In this document: in pieces, positions 37,201-45,710 of the stretch | How positions within the stretch are numbered: the first letter of the stretch is position 1 | Layout of the letters: each line of letters opens with the position of its first letter | Origin: Longimicrobiales bacterium | GTDB lineage: Bacteria > Gemmatimonadota > Gemmatimonadetes > Longimicrobiales > Gaopeijiaceae | Length of the DNA stretch: 64,000 nt | NCBI GenBank assembly: GCA_965116905.1 | Contig: OZ220732.1 | Location: 968,970-1,032,969, forward strand | Reading direction: 5' to 3' | The notes under the pieces: model-generated | What the model saw: only the letters and a program-made list of their open reading frames with translations | Told to the model about the DNA's origin: nothing | Database searches by the model: none | Position numbers and translations under genes: made by a program

Positions 37201-40200
37201 CTAGTGGAAAAATCGCCCTCGCCCCACGAACGACTCTGCCGAATCGCCACCCGGCGTCCCCAGCTCGTCAAGCCAGTCGTTCAGCGAGGTCACCCGCTCG
37301 GCGATCACGTGGATCACCCCGTCGACCTTCTGGACCTTGCCGCGGCAGAGCATCAGCCGCGCGGTGAGGGTGTCGCGGCGCTGGTTCTCGTAGATGGACG
37401 GGAAGACGACCAGGTTGGCGGTGCCGGTCTCGTCCTCCAGGGTGACGAACATCACGATCCCTTTCCCGGGGCGCTGCCGGGTCAGGACGATTCCCGCGAC
37501 GACGGCCCGGTCTCCGTCGGACAGCCCCTCGAGACCCTCCGCGGAAAGCACGCCCCGCTCGTTCAGGCGCCGGCGCAACAGCGCAACCGGGTGGTGCTTG
37601 AGAGACAGGCCCGTGGTCCGGTAGTCTGCGGCCACCTGTTCGCCGGCGGACATGGCAGGGAGCGCCGCGTGATCGTTGCCGCCCGGATCGCCCTCCACCG
37701 ATTCGAACAGCGGCAGCGGCCCCGCTTCGCTCAGCGCCCGCACCGCCCAGGCGGCCTGGCGGCGGTCCAGCCCCGTCGAGGTGAAGGCGTCGGCGGCGGC
37801 CAGACGAGTCAGGACCGCTGACGGAAGGCCCGTTTGCCGCCACAGGTCGAGGGGCGAGCGGTAGGCGGGGGCGGAAGCCGAGGTCGAGCGGGCAGCGGTC
37901 GGGTGGATCGCGAACAGCCGGCCGGCCGTCACCTGCTCGGCGTCCTTCTCTTTCAAGCCGCGGACCTGGCGAAGGCCGAGGCGAAGGGCGAGGGGGCCGT
38001 CGGCGGTCGGCTCCAGCGTGCAGTCCCACTCCGAGTGGTTCACGTCCGCCGGGCGCACCTCGACACCGTGGTCGCGGGCGTCCCGCACGATCTGCGCCGG
38101 CGCGTAGAAGCCCATCGGCTGGCTGTTCAGGAGCGCGCAGGCGAAGACTTCCGGATAGTGGCACTTCAGCCATGACGAGACGTAGGCGAGGTGGGCGAAG
38201 CTGGCCGCGTGGCTTTCGGGGAAGCCGTATTCGCCGAAGCCCTCGATCTGCCGGAAGCAGCGTTCGGCGAATTCGCGGTCGTAGCCGCGGTCGGTCATGC
38301 CGTCGATGAACTTGTCGCGAAAACAGTGGACCGTACCCGGACTGCGGAAGCTGGCCATGGCACGCCGCAGCTGGTCGGCCTCGGCGGGGGAGAAGCCGGC
38401 CGCGACGATGGCGATCCGCATGACCTGTTCCTGGAAGAGGGGCACGCCAAGGGTCTTTTCCAGCACCTGGCGCAGCTCTTCGGACGGGTATTCGACGGGC
38501 TCGAGCCCCTGACGCCGACGCAGGTAGGGATGGACCATGTCGCCCTGGATCGGCCCCGGCCGCACGATCGCCACCTCGATCACGAGGTCGTAGAAGGTCG
38601 ATGGCTTCAGCCTCGGCAGCATCGCCATCTGGGCCCGGCTCTCGATCTGGAAAACCCCGACCGTGTCCGCCCGCTGAATCATCGCATACGTGGCCGGGTC
38701 TTCGTGCGGTACGCTCTCAAGCGTGTAGCGAAGGCCGTACTTCTCCTCCAGCAGGGCGAAGGCCTTGCGGATGCACGAGAGCATCCCGAGCCCGAGCACG
38801 TCGACCTTGATCAGTCCCAGCGCCTCCAGGTCGTCCTTGTTCCACTCGATGACCGTGCGGTCCTCCATGGCCGCGTTCTCGATGGGAACGATCTCGCACA
38901 GTGGCCCGCGTGATATCACGAAGCCGCCGGTGTGTTGGGACAGGTGTCGGGGAAATCCGCACAGCTCGCGGGCCAGCTTCATGGTGAGCGCCAGACGCCG
39001 GTCGGAGGGATTGAAGCCCTCCTCGCGGGCCCGTTCCTCGTCCACCGGACTCGATCGCCATGAGACCATGGACAGCAGCCGCCCGATCACGTCCTCGCTC
39101 AGACCCATGGCCTTGCCCACGTCGCGCAACGCGCTCCTGGCACGGTAGGTGATGACCGTCGCGGTCAGCCCGGCCCGGTTGCGTCCGTACTTGCCGTAGA
39201 TGTACTGGATGACCTCTTCGCGGCGCTCGTGCTCGAAGTCGACGTCGATGTCGGGCACCTCGTTCCGCTCGACGGAGATGAAGCGTTCGAAGAGCAGGTC
39301 GATCTGCGCGGGGTCGACGGATGTGACGCCCAGGCAGTAGCACACCGCGGAGTTGGCGGCCGAGCCGCGTCCCTGGCAGAGGATGTCCAGCTCGCGCGCC
39401 TTCTTCACGATGTCCTCGACGGTGAGGAAGTAGGGCTCGTAGTCCAGCTGCGCGATGAGCGCGAGTTCGTGTTCGATCGTCGCGCGCACCCCGGGCGGAA
39501 TGCCGTCCGGGTAGCGCTTGGCGGCGCCCGCCCAGGTCAGTGCCGCCAGCGTCTCGCGGGGGGTGCGGCCGTCTTCGGCGACCTCGTCGGGGTACTCGTA
39601 GCGCAGTTCGGCCAGGGAGAAACGGCAGCGTTCGGCGATCGCGACGGTGTTGGCGAGGGCGTCCGGGTGGTTTCGGAAGAGCCGGGCGAGTTCGGCGCGG
39701 GGCTTGAGGTGCCGCTCGGCGTTGGCCTCCAGGCGCCAGCCGGCGTTGTCGATGGTACAGTGCTCGCGGACGCAGGTGAGCGTGTCGTGAAGTCGTCGCC
39801 GGGCGGGATCGTGCTGGTGGATGTCGCCGGTGGCGACCAGGGGGACGCCGTGCGCGGCGGCGAGGTCGGCGAGGCGGGCCAGGCGGCGGTCGTCATCGCC
39901 GCGGTGGTAATGGGTGGCGGCGAGGTGGAGGGGGGCGGCGAGGCGGTCGCGGTACCAGGCGAGGTCGTCGGCGAAGTCGTCGCCGGGCGGGACGGGCGGG
40001 ACGGCGATGAACACGTGGCCTGTGGGGTCGGCGGCCGCGGCCACGTCCGCCCGGGTGAGATGGCATTCTCCCTTGGGTGCGCGCCGGCGTCCCGTGGTGA
40101 TCAGGCGGCAGAGGGCGCCGTAACCGTGCCGGGTGGTGGGGAGGCAGAGCAGGCTGGGGCCGTCGCCGAGATCGAGGCGGGCGCCGGGGATGAAGTGGAG

Positions 40201-40389
40201 ACCGGTGCGCTGTGCGGCCTCGTGGGCGCGCACAACCCCGGCCAGCGTGTTGCGGTCGGTGAGCGCGAGGGCGCGGTAGCCCAGTTCGGCAGCGCGCTCG
40301 ACCATCTCCTCGGGGTGGGAGGCGCCCCTCAGGAAGGAGAAGTTGCTGGTGACCTGGAGTTCGGCGTAGGCGGTGGCGTAGGCGGTCAC
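37201..40389 (-). CDS. dnaE2: error-prone DNA polymerase (DnaE2, Pol III alpha paralog)
   Basis: PHP domain start YAELQVTSNFSFLRGASHPEE, 1062 aa, polymerase core and OB-fold region. GTGA overlap with imuB. Confidence 0.95.
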   Translation of the reverse strand: MTAYATAYAELQVTSNFSFLRGASHPEEMVERAAELGYRALALTDRNTLAGVVRAHEAAQRTGLHFIPGARLDLGDGPSLLCLPTTRHGYGALCRLITTGRRRAPKGECHLTRADVAAAADPTGHVFIAVPPVPPGDDFADDLAWYRDRLAAPLHLAATHYHRGDDDRRLARLADLAAAHGVPLVATGDIHQHDPARRRLHDTLTCVREHCTIDNAGWRLEANAERHLKPRAELARLFRNHPDALANTVAIAERCRFSLAELRYEYPDEVAEDGRTPRETLAALTWAGAAKRYPDGIPPGVRATIEHELALIAQLDYEPYFLTVEDIVKKARELDILCQGRGSAANSAVCYCLGVTSVDPAQIDLLFERFISVERNEVPDIDVDFEHERREEVIQYIYGKYGRNRAGLTATVITYRARSALRDVGKAMGLSEDVIGRLLSMVSWRSSPVDEERAREEGFNPSDRRLALTMKLARELCGFPRHLSQHTGGFVISRGPLCEIVPIENAAMEDRTVIEWNKDDLEALGLIKVDVLGLGMLSCIRKAFALLEEKYGLRYTLESVPHEDPATYAMIQRADTVGVFQIESRAQMAMLPRLKPSTFYDLVIEVAIVRPGPIQGDMVHPYLRRRQGLEPVEYPSEELRQVLEKTLGVPLFQEQVMRIAIVAAGFSPAEADQLRRAMASFRSPGTVHCFRDKFIDGMTDRGYDREFAERCFRQIEGFGEYGFPESHAASFAHLAYVSSWLKCHYPEVFACALLNSQPMGFYAPAQIVRDARDHGVEVRPADVNHSEWDCTLEPTADGPLALRLGLRQVRGLKEKDAEQVTAGRLFAIHPTAARSTSASAPAYRSPLDLWRQTGLPSAVLTRLAAADAFTSTGLDRRQAAWAVRALSEAGPLPLFESVEGDPGGNDHAALPAMSAGEQVAADYRTTGLSLKHHPVALLRRRLNERGVLSAEGLEGLSDGDRAVVAGIVLTRQRPGKGIVMFVTLEDETGTANLVVFPSIYENQRRDTLTARLMLCRGKVQKVDGVIHVIAERVTSLNDWLDELGTPGGDSAESFVGRGRFFH

Positions 40390-42023
40390 GCGAAAACCCC
40401 ATGCAGGAACCAGCGCGGCCCGCTCCCCTCCCGGAACAGCCAGTAGCGGCGACCCGCTTCATCCACGACCAGGTAGTAGTCGCGGGACGGAGCCTCCTCA
40501 CGCCACCACTCGCACTCCAGCCGCTCGGGCCCTTCCACCGCGCGCACCTGGTGGAGCCGCCCCTGCCGGTGAAAGCCTCGCAACCGGCGACGCGAATCAC
40601 TGTTGCTCGAGGTGCGATCCGGGACCTCGTCACCGGTCGTGGCGGGAGGTGGCCCGCCGTTTTCCGCGATGACGACATTCACCGGCTCCGGAGGCGAAAG
40701 CAGGCGCAGCGGCCGCAGGCGATCCTCCGGCCAGTTCGCGACCGATCCGGGTTGCGCGGCGGCCCATCCCGCCGCCCGCTCCGGCAGCCAGCTCTGACGC
40801 GGCACCGGCCGCCCGATGCGGCCGAAGCCGAAGCGGTTCCCCAGCCGGTCGAGAAGATCCGCCAGTTCCTCCTCATCGGCGGCCCGGTATCCCCCCGCGG
40901 TCTCGCCGGAGCAGTCGATCTGAAGTTCGTCGACGGTCTCGACCACGTCGGCGGCCAGAACGATCTCGTCGATCCCGAAGCCGGGCTCGACCTGCTCCAG
41001 CTTCTCGGCGAACAGGCCCATGAGAGGCCTCTTCCGGCGCAGCGGACGACTGGTGCCGATGGTCACGGTCCGCCTACCGCCGTCCACCCGGTTGCAGGTG
41101 AGGTGCAGCCGTCGTGCACCCTCGCCGGACCGGCCGAGCCCCAGACAGAGATCGTCCAGCAGCCCGTCGAGCGCCGCACGCAGATCCGCCGGTCTGGAGA
41201 TCGGTTCGGCGAAAGCACGGTGGGCCTCGCGCGGGGACAGGGGCCGCAGCGGCTCGATCGGTTCGTCGATGATCCCCAGGGCCTGCTCAAGCCGCCTGAC
41301 CGGTTCCATCCCGAAGCGCCGGATAAGTTCAACGGATTTTATGACAAATAGTGCGGAGATTTTGTCCAGCCCGAAGGAAGCAAGCCCGTCCGCCACATCG
41401 GCGCTCAGACGCAGGGCGGCTACGGGCAGTTCGGCCAGCGCATCCCTCAGGCCGGACGGCCCGGCGCCGGCCGGTGCCACGGCCGGATCCTCGGCGCCGT
41501 AGTGCGCCAACGCCCACGCGGCTCCGGGAGTGTCGGCGAGGGCCAGCCGCACGGTCAGCCCGAAGTCTTCCAGCGCGGCCCGCAGCGACGCCGTGAGCGC
41601 CTCCTCGCCGCCGAAGAGACGCGTGCAGCCGGCGATGTCGAGGAAGAGCGTGTCCACGCCGTCGGGCATGACGCGCGGCGTGAAGCGGTCCGCCCACCGG
41701 GCGAGTTGCTCCAGCGCCAGGGCGTCGTCCGCGGGGTCGGCGGGGCGGACGACGACATCGGGTACGACGGCCCGCGCGTCGGCCAGCGGCATGCCGTGGT
41801 TGAGGCCCGCACGGGTGGCGAGCGGGTTGGCCGCGCCGATGATCAGCCGGTTGCGGCTCTCCGCGACGGTGACAAAGGGATGGGTGCGCGCCTCGGGCCG
41901 GTGCCGGGCGAGCCTCTCGGTGGGCCACCAGGGAAGCCAGGCGGCGAGGATGCGCCGGGAGATGCGCGGGCCCCATCGGGCAGGCGCACCGGATTTGATC
42001 GAGGCCGTTCGTTCACGAGACAT
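40386..42023 (-). CDS. imuB: ImuB, Y-family-polymerase-like mutagenesis protein
   Basis: RRILAAWLPWWPTERL...TLFLDIAGCTRLFGGEE...LALADTPGAAWALAHYG is characteristic of ImuB. Start ATG 42023. The 1047-aa ORF extension overlaps the HNH gene out of frame. Confidence 0.9.
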   Translation of the reverse strand: MSRERTASIKSGAPARWGPRISRRILAAWLPWWPTERLARHRPEARTHPFVTVAESRNRLIIGAANPLATRAGLNHGMPLADARAVVPDVVVRPADPADDALALEQLARWADRFTPRVMPDGVDTLFLDIAGCTRLFGGEEALTASLRAALEDFGLTVRLALADTPGAAWALAHYGAEDPAVAPAGAGPSGLRDALAELPVAALRLSADVADGLASFGLDKISALFVIKSVELIRRFGMEPVRRLEQALGIIDEPIEPLRPLSPREAHRAFAEPISRPADLRAALDGLLDDLCLGLGRSGEGARRLHLTCNRVDGGRRTVTIGTSRPLRRKRPLMGLFAEKLEQVEPGFGIDEIVLAADVVETVDELQIDCSGETAGGYRAADEEELADLLDRLGNRFGFGRIGRPVPRQSWLPERAAGWAAAQPGSVANWPEDRLRPLRLLSPPEPVNVVIAENGGPPPATTGDEVPDRTSSNSDSRRRLRGFHRQGRLHQVRAVEGPERLECEWWREEAPSRDYYLVVDEAGRRYWLFREGSGPRWFLHGVFA

Positions 42024-42037
42024 GGCCCGTGTAGGAT

Positions 42038-42056
42038 AACCGAATATATACCGAAG
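42038..42056 (-). promoter_or_regulatory. candidate SOS-type operator upstream of imuB
   Basis: Minus strand CTTCGGTATATATTCGGTT, a direct repeat TTCGGT at 11-bp spacing, 14 nt upstream of the imuB ATG. It matches the site upstream of imuA at 15 of 19 positions. Confidence 0.45.
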
Positions 42057-42109
42057 ATCAAATTTCCGGGCCATGGACGATTCCCTTGACCGAGCCCGTC
42101 CCATCCCGA

Positions 42110-42146
42110 CATGCCGGTGTCCCTGGATTTGCCGCGGAAACGCGGG
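42110..42146. repeat. inverted repeat, left copy
   Basis: CATGCCGGTGTCCCTGGATTTGCCGCGGAAACGCGGG, ending 3 nt before the HNH gene stop. Confidence 0.9.
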
Positions 42147-42148
42147 AC

Positions 42149-43636
42149 TCACGCGGCCTGGGCGGGCGGTGGGGGATTGTCCTCGCGTCTGCGGCGGTCC
42201 GGAACCTCGGGTCTGCGGTCGGTTCTGCGCTCGGCCATGCCGGCCTGCTCCACCGCCTCGCTTGGCTCGCCGGCCTGCTCCACTGCCTTGTCGGGCTCGC
42301 CGGCCGCCTCGCCCGCCTCCGGTGCCTGCTCCACCGCCTCCCTCGCCGCGGCCTCGATCTCCCATGGGATCGCCGAGTCCAGGAGTCGTGCCGCTCCGTT
42401 GTACATCTCGCCGGGGGCGAGCGGGGGCGGGGGCGGCAGAGGCAGCTTCGGCTCCGGCAGCGGGGGCGCGCTCGCGACCGCCGCCCCGCTGCGCGCGAAG
42501 AACACCGCCCGGCCGCGCCGGTCGAGCGCCATCCGGACCCTGCCCTCGTGCACGAGCCGGTGATGCCGCCGGCACAGCAGCACCGTGTTCGCCAGACTCG
42601 TCTCGCCGCCGTCGGCCCAGTGCCGGACATGATGCGCCTCGGTGAACCGGCTCCCGCAGGCCGGGTACCGGCAGCCCCGGTCCCGTTCCTCGAGCGCCCG
42701 GCGGAGGTGCGGCGGGATGGTCCGCGTCTTCCGCCCCACGCTGACGACCTTGCCCTCCCGGTGCAGCATCCCCACCAGCGACGCATCGCACGCCATGCGC
42801 CGCGACGTCTCGGCGCTCACCCGCACCCCGTCGAGCTCCGACCGGCCCCCCTCGCCGTCCTCCTCCAGCGTGGCCATCTCGGTGTGCACCGTCACCTGGT
42901 ACCGCTCGGCCCGCGTCCCGCTCGGCGTCGCCTCCGCGTCCCCTTCCCCCGCGTCGACCCCAGTTCCCGCGTCGGCCCCCTCTCTCGCGTCGGCCCCCGC
43001 CCCCAGCCCCGCCGCCAGCGCCCGCTCGGCGACGAGCCCCATCGCATCGGCCCTGCGCTGGCGGCTCCGTGGCCGCGCATCGGGGTCCTCGCCCCGGTAC
43101 AGCGCGTCGCTCGCGGCCTCGATGGCCCGCATCAGCACGGCACCCGCCTCGGGCTCGAGCCGGCCCCGCACCACGTACGTCCCGTCCGCGGCGATGACGA
43201 CCGACAACGTGCGGGCCCGGTGCCGGGCCTCTTCGGCCCCGATCTCGCCGTCGCGCGACAGGTGCTTCACCCCCCGCACCATGCGCTCCACCGCCGCGGC
43301 CGAGCCCTTGCGGGCGTAGTCGAGGAGTTCGGCCTCGGTCCGGGACGTGGCCACCCGGGTGATGGCCCGGGCCTTGGCGTAGGAGAGCCGCCCGGCCTTC
43401 ATCTCGGCCGAGGTGGCGGGCAGGTCCTCGAGCGCATGCGCGACGCGCACGTTCTCGCGGCAGGTGGCGACCGTGCGCCCGGTCCGCCAGGCGAGCCACT
43501 CGGCGCAGGAGTCGAAGGCGTCGGCCCACCCCTCGCGGCGGTCGAACTCGGCGACGAGGGTGAGCATCTCGTGGGTGGCGATGTTGATCCGGGCGGCGAG
43601 TTCGGCGATCCGCTCTCCGAGTTGCGTGGTGTTCAT
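42149..43636 (-). CDS. HNH endonuclease with N-terminal DUF222 domain (REP13E12-like family)
   Basis: HNH block CRYPACGSRFTEAHHVRHWADGGETSLANTVLLCRRHHRLVHEG and a DUF222-like N-terminus (INIATHEMLTLVAEFDRREGW). SD GGAGGA plus ATG 43636. Acidic repeat tail (EAVEQAGEP). Confidence 0.85.
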   Translation of the reverse strand: MNTTQLGERIAELAARINIATHEMLTLVAEFDRREGWADAFDSCAEWLAWRTGRTVATCRENVRVAHALEDLPATSAEMKAGRLSYAKARAITRVATSRTEAELLDYARKGSAAAVERMVRGVKHLSRDGEIGAEEARHRARTLSVVIAADGTYVVRGRLEPEAGAVLMRAIEAASDALYRGEDPDARPRSRQRRADAMGLVAERALAAGLGAGADAREGADAGTGVDAGEGDAEATPSGTRAERYQVTVHTEMATLEEDGEGGRSELDGVRVSAETSRRMACDASLVGMLHREGKVVSVGRKTRTIPPHLRRALEERDRGCRYPACGSRFTEAHHVRHWADGGETSLANTVLLCRRHHRLVHEGRVRMALDRRGRAVFFARSGAAVASAPPLPEPKLPLPPPPPLAPGEMYNGAARLLDSAIPWEIEAAAREAVEQAPEAGEAAGEPDKAVEQAGEPSEAVEQAGMAERRTDRRPEVPDRRRREDNPPPPAQAA

Positions 43637-44050
43637 GTGATCCTCCAGGTTCAAGTCCGGCAACGGCTTATGTGTGGTGAGACTGTCGCACCTGAAATTT
43701 AACCATGGATTTTTCGGCCTTCCGTACGGCCGCAGGACGCACGATCTCGGGGCAAAACGACGTGGAAGGGCCGCCGAAGCCCGTTCGCCCGTCAGCGGGC
43801 CGCCGGTGGCTCCTGGGGGCCACTCGCCAGCGGGTCCCGGACCTCGCCGTAACCGCCATTTCAAAACCCGTCTATAGCAGGATCGGCCTGTGTTTCGACG
43901 GTTTGGGACAGGGGGGGTTGGAGAGCGCGATCCCGGGATCGGTCCGGGGGGATGGGCTGCGGAGATGGGCCAATGGGCTAACGGATGTTGCCTCAGTCTG
44001 GCCTGCGGCTGGCCGGGGCACCGAGGTGGCGGCTGCCGCGGATCGCCCCC

Positions 44051-44087
44051 CCCACGTTTCCGCGGCAAATCCAGGGACACCGGCATG
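44051..44087. repeat. inverted repeat, right copy
   Basis: CCCACGTTTCCGCGGCAAATCCAGGGACACCGGCATG. Confidence 0.9.
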
Positions 44088-44614
44088 CTCCTATGGGCGC
44101 CCGCCCGCCGACGCGCCGCTCCCGCCGCCGCTCCCGCCCGCCGACACGCCCACCCTTGGACGCGCTCCCCCCGCCAGCGCAACGGCGCTCCCCCCGTCAG
44201 CGCAACGGCGACCCACCAACCAAATCGACCGACCGCCAGGTCCACCGGCCAGCATGCCGTTGCAAGCCAGAATGTGACGAGCCCGCCCTCTTCCGAATCG
44301 ACGAGACCACCCTGACGTAACGTTAGGGTTAGCGGAAAACAAATCTCTCGCGGACCCGGAACACCTGTCCATGACTTCTCCAGGGCCTGATCCGGATCGA
44401 CGACCTGGCGCACGCGCCCCTGAAGTCTGCGGATCGGGCGGGGTCAGCGTCCCGTTGCGGCCCCGGCCTGCCGTTGCAACATTTGTTCCAGGCTTCCGGC
44501 TGGGCTGCATCGCCCTGGGCTGCATCGCCGGCCTGCCCGGCACTGGACCGGGGACCGGGGAGCGGGAGCCGGACGCCGGACCCGCGACCCGACATACGGA
44601 GCGGACCGCATGCC

Positions 44615-45634
44615 ATGAAGAAGAGGAGCCGCGCACCGAGCCCGTTTGGCATTGCGGCGCTGGACCTGTTTGCGTCGGCCCTCGGCGCCTTCATTCTGAT
44701 CGCGGTCGTCATCTTCCCGATGATCGGGGAGGCCGTGCCGGACATTCCGGCCCCGCCCGCGCCGACCGTCATGGCGGTTCCAACGCCCGACTCGGTCATA
44801 TGCCCGGTGTGCCCTACATGCCCGGTCGTCGCCGCCGTCGTGGAGCCGATCGCCTGCCCGGTGTGCCCCACATGCCCGGTTCCGGAACCCGTGCCGGAGA
44901 CGATCTGCCCGGCAGTTGCCGTACCCGACCCCGTGGAGTGCCCGGTCTGTCCCACGGTGCCTGCCACGGTGCCTGCACCGGTCATCTGCCCGGAGCCCGC
45001 CCCCGCGCCCATCCAGGTAAACGCTCCGCAGTTCCGGTTCCCCCATCTCGACATCATCATCGCGCTGGACGTCACCAACAGCATGGGCGGGCAGGTCGCC
45101 AACCTCAAGGCGGAGGTCGAGCAGCTTGCCGTCCTTCTGAACCGGATCTCGCCCAGCTTCGGCATCGGGATGGTGGCGTTCGGAGATCGCCGGTGGGAGA
45201 GCCCGCTGTTCCTGTTCCCGTTGCGGGAGCTCTCCGGTCCGGCCGCGAACCGCGATGCGTTCCGCACGTTCGTGAACGGCCTGTCGGTCGGCATGGGAAC
45301 CGGAAGAGGCAGCAACCCCGACAGTCCCGAAGCCTTCTACGACGCGCTTTCGGCGGCGTCCCGCATGACCTGGCGGCCGCGATCCGAGCGGAGGGTCGTC
45401 GTTCTGGTGACCGACAACCCGGCATACAGCGACGAGATCGACCGATCCATACAGGTCGCGACCGGCATCGGACGCCCCGAAGGGCATCGGGTCTCCACGG
45501 TCTACGTCAGGACGGGGGGCACGAACACCGCCACGGAGGAGTTTCTCCAGAGCGTCGCCGACGCCGGCGGTGGTCAGTACGTGCGGGACGTAGGAGGCTC
45601 GCTGACGGTCAACCTGCTTCTGTCCCTTTTCTGA
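44615..45634 (+). CDS. bitopic protein: MotB/ExbD-like Asp-bearing TM helix, Cys/Pro-rich stalk, vWA domain
   Basis: MKKRSRAPSPFGIAALDLFASALGAFILIAVVIF has D17 in the TM helix. CPVCPTCP repeats give 10 Cys in aa 61-126. vWA features: DIIIALDVTNSMGG (DxTxS MIDAS-like) and VVVLVTDNPAY. Confidence 0.75.
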   Translation: MKKRSRAPSPFGIAALDLFASALGAFILIAVVIFPMIGEAVPDIPAPPAPTVMAVPTPDSVICPVCPTCPVVAAVVEPIACPVCPTCPVPEPVPETICPAVAVPDPVECPVCPTVPATVPAPVICPEPAPAPIQVNAPQFRFPHLDIIIALDVTNSMGGQVANLKAEVEQLAVLLNRISPSFGIGMVAFGDRRWESPLFLFPLRELSGPAANRDAFRTFVNGLSVGMGTGRGSNPDSPEAFYDALSAASRMTWRPRSERRVVVLVTDNPAYSDEIDRSIQVATGIGRPEGHRVSTVYVRTGGTNTATEEFLQSVADAGGGQYVRDVGGSLTVNLLLSLF

Positions 45635-45710
45635 CCGGTCCCGCCTGGCTGGCGGCGCGGGCGCGGACCCGTTGGCCCCTGGCCGACGCCGACATCGGGA
45701 GCGGGCCCCG

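Larger units (their letters stand above)
42110..44087 (-). mobile_element. 1,978-bp unit bounded by 37-bp inverted repeats and carrying the HNH/DUF222 gene
   Basis: The reverse complement of 44051-44087 matches 42110-42146 at 36 of 37 positions. The unit contains one gene plus 415 bp of upstream non-coding DNA. No target-site duplication is evident. Confidence 0.45.

Noticed and set aside
42024-42074. Alternative imuB start at ATG 42074 (MARKFDLRYIFGYPTRA...)
   Set aside because: The extra codons are AT-rich and coincide with the conserved motif shared with the imuA upstream region, so they more likely belong to the promoter/operator than to coding sequence.
42024-43529. N-terminal 500 aa of the 1047-aa ORF 40386..43529, which would make a giant ImuB
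   Set aside because: This part overlaps the HNH/DUF222 gene on the same strand in another frame and is low-complexity (RGGRG...). ImuB homology begins near RRILAAWLPWW, so the start is set at ATG 42023.
43648-43658. GGTTCAAGTCC, a tRNA T-loop-like 11-mer next to the HNH gene. It could have been a tRNA or att-site remnant.
   Set aside because: The flanking bases do not form a T-stem (3 of 5 pairs) or an acceptor stem. The motif overlaps the RBS region of the HNH gene on the other strand. A chance occurrence is plausible.
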